A stretch of 12,015 nt of DNA from Promethearchaeota archaeon (GTDB lineage Archaea; Asgardarchaeota; Hermodarchaeia; Hermodarchaeales; Hermodarchaeaceae): NCBI GenBank assembly GCA_048939625.1, contig JBHLPH010000032.1, forward strand, positions 1 to 12,015, given 5' to 3'. This document shows, piece after piece, positions 7,519-12,015 of this stretch. The position numbers were made by a program, and so were the translations under genes. Position 1 is the stretch's first letter. Every line of letters begins with the position of its first letter. The notes under the pieces were generated by a model. It saw only the letters and a list, made by a program, of their open reading frames with translations, was not told the origin of the DNA and did not search any database.

Positions 7519-8472
7519 CTAAGCAAAACCAATACCAAGTAGGAACAAAAACAGCCCGATGGCGACGAAGGCACCCACCAAGCAAGAGATTAGGTTCACC
7601 ATGTGATTGTCGAGGAATCGATTACCTCGAAGATGGGTGGATTTTTCTCCACAATGTACTTTCTTCTCGGTTAACTTGCCACATACATTACAAGTCCAGT
7701 GACCCTGAAGAGTTGCACCCAGTAAGCTATCAACTGTGCACCCAATAATACCGCCGACCATTGCCACCAGCACAAGGGTCACGGGAGCAATGCCAGCTAA
7801 TTCCGGCATCATTGTGGCTCCGAAGATGTTAATCCAGAACGGTGCTGCAAGAAGTGCGGCTATACCACCGATTAGCAAAGTGCCCAACACTGTCGCCAGC
7901 TCTCCGGCAACCGAGATTCCTCCAGATGTTCCAGGTGTGACAACTTTTCTTGGATGGGTAATCAGTCGGGGTGGTAGCGGATTCAGTAACCCGATTTCGG
8001 TAGCTAAGGTATCTGCTGTTGCAGTGGCCACTGCACCCAAAAACGCAACAAAAGCAACAGCTATGATGAATGAAGCAGGAATCATCATATGGCCAAATCC
8101 CACTTCGATTCGTCCAAAGGCATCGACTTGACCGAATATCAGAATCGTTAGAATTCCAATCAGAACAATGCTAAGGGGCAATACTCCATTTGCTAGGACA
8201 TGGGACCAATCACGGGCCCCACCTTTTTCTTGGGCTGCACCATGCTGGCGTTTAGTTGTATATTTGTAGTGTGTGAACTGAGCCGTAACAGTGAAGAAGA
8301 TGAGCAGAATTAGAAACCAGGTCCATGAAGTCAGTAACCAAATAGTGATGCCTAAGAAAAACGCTGCAACGAGTCCTGACTTGGTAACAATTTTTCCCTT
8401 ATATGCAATAACCGCAAGGACTGCCATAATGGCTAAGGCAATTAGCACACTTAATGGATCCAGCAACACCAT
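7519..8472 (-). CDS. DUF92 / TMEM19 (TIGR00297-like, VTE6-related) membrane protein
   Basis: QEKGGARDWSHVLANG, ATADTLATEIG, PGTSGGIS.AG, DSLLGATLQ, the CNVCG...HCG knuckle and LDNHMVN are all DUF92 hallmarks. Many TM helices. Confidence 0.92.
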   Translation of the reverse strand: MVLLDPLSVLIALAIMAVLAVIAYKGKIVTKSGLVAAFFLGITIWLLTSWTWFLILLIFFTVTAQFTHYKYTTKRQHGAAQEKGGARDWSHVLANGVLPLSIVLIGILTILIFGQVDAFGRIEVGFGHMMIPASFIIAVAFVAFLGAVATATADTLATEIGLLNPLPPRLITHPRKVVTPGTSGGISVAGELATVLGTLLIGGIAALLAAPFWINIFGATMMPELAGIAPVTLVLVAMVGGIIGCTVDSLLGATLQGHWTCNVCGKLTEKKVHCGEKSTHLRGNRFLDNHMVNLISCLVGAFVAIGLFLFLLGIGFA

Positions 8473-8574
8473 GCGAAGTCAACTCATTCCATTTTCCAGT
8501 GAATAATGACAAACGGTTAGATATGCCAGGGATTTGATATCAGGGACTTCGATTCTGAAATCGTGCTGGTAATG

Positions 8575-8611
8575 ATTTCCGTTATAAACCTTGCCGTTGC
8601 GTAATGGAAAT
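8575..8611. repeat. Inverted repeat overlapping the candidate DUF92 TATA box
   Basis: ATTTCCGTTA (8575-8584) and TAATGGAAAT (8602-8611), 1 mismatch, 17-nt spacer. Minus-strand TTTATAA at 8588..8582. Confidence 0.45.
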
Positions 8612-8665
8612 TATCGTTAATTGTCGAATGACCAAAGGCGAATCGACACACGCCACAGTGTCTTA

Positions 8666-10618
8666 CTAATTCATGAGGTGCTTCTTGAAGAATGCCACGA
8701 TGCTCTTGTATGCCTTAATCAGATTCGGTACCTTACCGAATCCATGGCCTTCATCATCGAACACCATGTATTCGACTTCAACACCCTGTTTTTGCAGCTG
8801 GCGGGCCACATCGGCAGATTCAGCTTCGACCACTCGTGGGTCATTTCCTCCCTGAATGATAAGCATGGGCGCTTTGACTTGATGGAAATGAGTTGCTGGT
8901 GATCGCTCTGTAAGGAAGTCTTTGTCCTTCTCAGGGTGTCCTAATGATTGGTGGAAGTAGGTTTGCCAAGTCTCGGGTAGACGTTCAAGGAAGGTAAAGA
9001 GGTTGTAGGGACCAAACATATCACAGGAAGCTTGCCAATATTGCGGATAGTTGGCTGACAACCATAACGTCATATAGCCCCCGTAACTGCGACCAACAAC
9101 GGCGCGTCGGGTAGAATCGATTCTTGAATCCTTTTCAAGGTGCTTCAATCCCTCAATATGATCCTTTGCATCATTACCACCCCAGTCGTGATCAACCATT
9201 TTCATATAGGCTTGGCCATACCCTGTACTCCCTCTGACATTTGGTACAAAGACTGCGAATCCGTTCAGCGTGAAGTATTGGATGAGGGGCATGGAAAACC
9301 ACGTGAAGTCTGGGCGTTCTTGACTTTGTGGTCCACCGTGAACATATAGAATCAATGGATAGGGTTTAGCGTAGCCAAGCTCATCTGACGGGAGGTAAAG
9401 CCGGGCTGAAATCTGTAATCCATCAAAGCTGGTGTAACTGGCATCCTCTCCTGGAGCAAGGTACTTTTGATCAATGCCGAGGACGCGTTCATTTGAGAGT
9501 TGAATAATTTCCTTGTTCTTGGGGTTAACTAGCACCAATTGTGAAGGGGAGGTCGCTGTTGTAAATGCAGTAATGTAGTCGACGTTAATTTTACCTCTCT
9601 TCTCCGTTACCGATTCATCGATACCCAGATTAACTCCACCGTCTAGAGGTGCTTTTCCAATTAGAATCTCCTTTAGGTGAAATTGGGGCGGGGTCGTTTT
9701 TTCATCTAATTCCGCCTGGTAGACCCAACTACAACCTTCAATATTGAAACCCATTATGTACAAATGGTTCTGAATCCTGCGGATCCAATCCAGTTGGCCA
9801 ATTCCTTTGTGTTGAATTCCATGCACCTTCACAGGATGAATTGTGTCAGTTTTAGCTAAATCGAGAAATCCGATGCCCCCTTTATCATCATGGAGAGTCG
9901 TTCGAAAGATTAAACCTGAATCGTTTCGGATGAAATAGCATCGACCAAATCCTGTGAGTGGATACTCTTTACCCGTCTCCCGCGCTTCAATGGGGGTGCC
10001 GTATAACAGGGAACGTGCCTTATCGCCTTTCTTCCAGACGAATAAGACATCATCATTAGCTGTGTAGGTGTCACCGAGAAGAATTGTGTCATGAGTTGAG
10101 TTGTATCCAACGCAAAAGTTACCATAAATGCTCGTACCCAAGGAGTTCACTTCGAGTGTCCTAAGGTCAACTTTGATTGTTTCTTGGTTGGGAGTTTTTC
10201 GGTCATCGATGAGAAAATAAGCTATGTTCATTCTGGGATCAAATTCAAGACATAGTAGTTGTTGTCCAGCGTATCGGTCACCGAAAATAGGTTTGGGCAC
10301 TCCCCCAGTAATTGGGATGAAACACGGTTGATAGTTTTCATCACCATCCTTATCCACCATTACGAGTATCTTATTAAGTGCAGGAACCACGCGAAAGTTG
10401 TACCCACCAAGAAGATGCGGGTTTTGGAGCGCTAGTCCCCGCGGAAGGAGCGGTTCTGGAATACTACCTTTTCGGGCCATCGTAAAGAGGCTGTACATGC
10501 CACTCATATCACTGATGAAATAAATCCGGTCATTCACCAGTTGTGGGGTTAGAATTCGGCGAGCTGATAACAACGATTCTAACGGAAACGTTTTCGGTTC
10601 CTTATCCAATGAAACCAC
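8666..10618 (-). CDS. S9 family serine peptidase (acylaminoacyl-/dipeptidyl-peptidase-like, S9C)
   Basis: VHGGP, PNVRGSTGYG, nucleophile GRSYGG, QGGNDPRV (Asp) and DDEGHG (His), with a long beta-propeller-like N-terminal region. Start is GTG 10618, or TTG 10609 after a GAGGTG SD. Confidence 0.94.
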   Translation of the reverse strand: MVSLDKEPKTFPLESLLSARRILTPQLVNDRIYFISDMSGMYSLFTMARKGSIPEPLLPRGLALQNPHLLGGYNFRVVPALNKILVMVDKDGDENYQPCFIPITGGVPKPIFGDRYAGQQLLCLEFDPRMNIAYFLIDDRKTPNQETIKVDLRTLEVNSLGTSIYGNFCVGYNSTHDTILLGDTYTANDDVLFVWKKGDKARSLLYGTPIEARETGKEYPLTGFGRCYFIRNDSGLIFRTTLHDDKGGIGFLDLAKTDTIHPVKVHGIQHKGIGQLDWIRRIQNHLYIMGFNIEGCSWVYQAELDEKTTPPQFHLKEILIGKAPLDGGVNLGIDESVTEKRGKINVDYITAFTTATSPSQLVLVNPKNKEIIQLSNERVLGIDQKYLAPGEDASYTSFDGLQISARLYLPSDELGYAKPYPLILYVHGGPQSQERPDFTWFSMPLIQYFTLNGFAVFVPNVRGSTGYGQAYMKMVDHDWGGNDAKDHIEGLKHLEKDSRIDSTRRAVVGRSYGGYMTLWLSANYPQYWQASCDMFGPYNLFTFLERLPETWQTYFHQSLGHPEKDKDFLTERSPATHFHQVKAPMLIIQGGNDPRVVEAESADVARQLQKQGVEVEYMVFDDEGHGFGKVPNLIKAYKSIVAFFKKHLMN

Positions 10619-10689
10619 CTCGGCTCCCTCTCTCTACTGAGGGTTTTTAGCTGTGATTGTTGGAGCAGACTTCAACCTGGATGCTTTAG

Positions 10690-11613
10690 CTAAAGGCGCT
10701 CAACTACATCAAGATCACGTCGAAGACTCACTTCTCGAGCGAGAAGAATGGTGGATGCAATCACCATTATGGCTCCGATTACTTGCCATGGTGTGGGCGG
10801 AATTCGGAAAACAATTGCATATAACGTAAAGGTTACTAACGGTGCTGGGGCTATCAGGGCAGTGGCTTTTCCAAGGTTAATCCGTCGAATTCCTTCATAC
10901 CAGAGACTGTGTGCTAAGAGGATAATTACTCCTTCGACAACGATGATGATGAAGATGAATGCCAGATTTGCCGAATAGATGATTGGTGTGGAGAAGAGTG
11001 GGAAGAATAGCATGAATAGTGCCAGAAACAAAAGCAGTGCTCCTCCAACGAGGTTTCGATACGCGACAGCGGTCCAAGAAGAAACCCTTTGTAGCACTGG
11101 TTTAGCGAAGGTATGACCAGCCGCCCAAGCCATGGGGGTGATTAAGAGAAGAATATCACCTACTCCTAAAATCATTAACTGGCTGGTGACCACCACCAAT
11201 AGCACGCCGAACACCATTAGCATCATCCAAGCTAACTGTCGTCGAGAGATAGTCTCATTCAGGAAAAAATAACCAAAGACGAGTGCAAATACAAGTTCTG
11301 ATCTAAGAATAATTGCGGCATTATTGGAGCTTGTGAACTGCAACCCGATGAAGAGACACATAAATGCAAAAAACGTACCTAAGACCCCTGCCATGATGAG
11401 TCGACGCAAATCCTCGTGTGAAATAGCACGACTTATCGGTGGAGTAGTTCTTCTTGCAAAAAGAAGCGCGATAAAACCCGCAATTAATGCGGCTATTGAC
11501 GCAAACACAAGTGGGGCAACCAACAGTCCACCTAATTCGACTATCACTGGATGGACACCATACACAAAGAGGCCAATGAGAATGAAAATGGTTCCTATGC
11601 GCTCTTCGTCCAT
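10690..11613 (-). CDS. DMT superfamily EamA-type transporter
   Basis: About 10 TM helices in two repeats, with GLQFTSSNNAAI, FFLNETI, GDILLL and WYEGIRRI...A motifs. ATG 11613 preferred; GTG 11622 is the alternative start. Confidence 0.9.
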   Translation of the reverse strand: MDEERIGTIFILIGLFVYGVHPVIVELGGLLVAPLVFASIAALIAGFIALLFARRTTPPISRAISHEDLRRLIMAGVLGTFFAFMCLFIGLQFTSSNNAAIILRSELVFALVFGYFFLNETISRRQLAWMMLMVFGVLLVVVTSQLMILGVGDILLLITPMAWAAGHTFAKPVLQRVSSWTAVAYRNLVGGALLLFLALFMLFFPLFSTPIIYSANLAFIFIIIVVEGVIILLAHSLWYEGIRRINLGKATALIAPAPLVTFTLYAIVFRIPPTPWQVIGAIMVIASTILLAREVSLRRDLDVVERL

Positions 11614-11620
11614 GTGTCTC

Positions 11621-11697
11621 ACTTTCTCGAAGAAAGTTCACTGGCACTACTGATACATATATATGGTGCACAGGCACTGTGTTGAATCACCCAACAC
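11621..11697. promoter_or_regulatory. Bidirectional promoter: palindromic TATA flanked by two inverted repeats
   Basis: CATATATATG (11656-11665) is a perfect palindrome. ACTTTCT-cga-AGAAAGT (11621-11637) and GTGTTG-N7-CAACAC (11679-11697) sit at the two predicted start sites. Confidence 0.55.
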
Positions 11698-11725
11698 CCT
11701 TTCCTATTGCTTGGAGTTCCTATTC

Positions 11726-12015
11726 ATGGTTGATTCTGCATTTGAACTCGAAGTCTTGAATCGAATTAAAGCTGAAGCCAAGAAGAATGGATGCACTGAG
11801 AAAGAAGTAATCCAGGCCTACATCCAAAAAATGAATAGGGATAACCAAGACGAATTTCAACGTGTACCACCTGAAGAGCGAATCGTATTAGTCCCCCAGT
11901 GCCTCCGCGAATCTGATTGCAAAGCTCCTCTCGGTGAACACGGCTACGTCTGCCAACACTGCAACCCCAAATGCCAAGTACACCTCATCACCGAAGCCGC
12001 AGAAAAACTTGGCTA
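11726..12015 (+). CDS. DUF116 domain-containing Cys-rich protein (partial, runs off the right edge)
   Basis: My translation from ATG 11726 (GGAG SD at 11713-11716) has no stop: MVDSAFELEVLNRIKAEAKKNGCTEKEVIQAYIQKMNRDNQDEFQRVPPEERIVLVPQCLRESDCKAPLGEHGYVCQHCNPKCQVHLITEAAEKLG. The ER...PxCLR..C.A....G..CxxC..C......AE.LG pattern matches DUF116 as I know it. Confidence 0.85.
   Translation, partial: MVDSAFELEVLNRIKAEAKKNGCTEKEVIQAYIQKMNRDNQDEFQRVPPEERIVLVPQCLRESDCKAPLGEHGYVCQHCNPKCQVHLITEAAEKLG

Noticed and set aside
7736-8131. 131-aa + strand ORF and the other short ORFs overlapping real genes (e.g. 832-1044, 1577-1780, 5065-5340, 8621-8902, 10748-10978, 11321-11677, 11324-11653)
   Set aside because: They are antisense or alternate-frame shadows of well-supported CDSs and show no recognisable motifs.
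8524-8560. tRNA T-loop-like TCAAATCCC on the - strand and a C/D-box-like CTGA on +
   Set aside because: No cloverleaf can be built and there is no convincing C box (RTGATGA).
8571-8616. SECIS-like look on the + strand: ATGA, ~10-bp stem, AAA loop
   Set aside because: The 3' arm lacks the GA needed for the tandem G-A quartet, both flanking genes are on the - strand, and no gene in the window shows an in-frame TGA interruption.
1-12015. CRISPR array, transposase/integrase, prophage or defence genes
   Set aside because: No regularly spaced repeats, terminal inverted repeats or diagnostic protein motifs were seen.

Overview
Gene-dense archaeal chromosomal window. The archaeal call rests on GGTGA/GGAG(G) Shine-Dalgarno sites, TATA/BRE-type promoters and the gene families present; an Asgard- or TACK-like origin is inference only. 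There are 12 complete CDSs: Nudix hydrolase, membrane zinc-ribbon protein, a short bacterial/spirochaete-type alanyl-tRNA synthetase, a small 2-TM protein, a membrane-anchored ArsR-like wHTH regulator, an ICMT/PEMT-family methyltransferase, MTA phosphorylase, a prenyltransferase/squalene-cyclase-repeat protein, a type I phosphoribosyltransferase, a DUF92/TMEM19 protein, an S9 peptidase and an EamA transporter. A 13th CDS (DUF116), missing from the supplied ORF track, runs off the right edge. A promoter-driven, possibly structured transcript runs off the left edge. I saw no CRISPR array, rRNA, complete tRNA, mobile element or defence system. The best leads, all hypotheses, are: (i) a membrane-tethered one-component regulator with a candidate palindromic operator present twice; (ii) a loose concentration of isoprenoid-associated families; (iii) a non-archaeal-type minimal AlaRS; (iv) compact bidirectional promoters, one with palindromes at both start sites.
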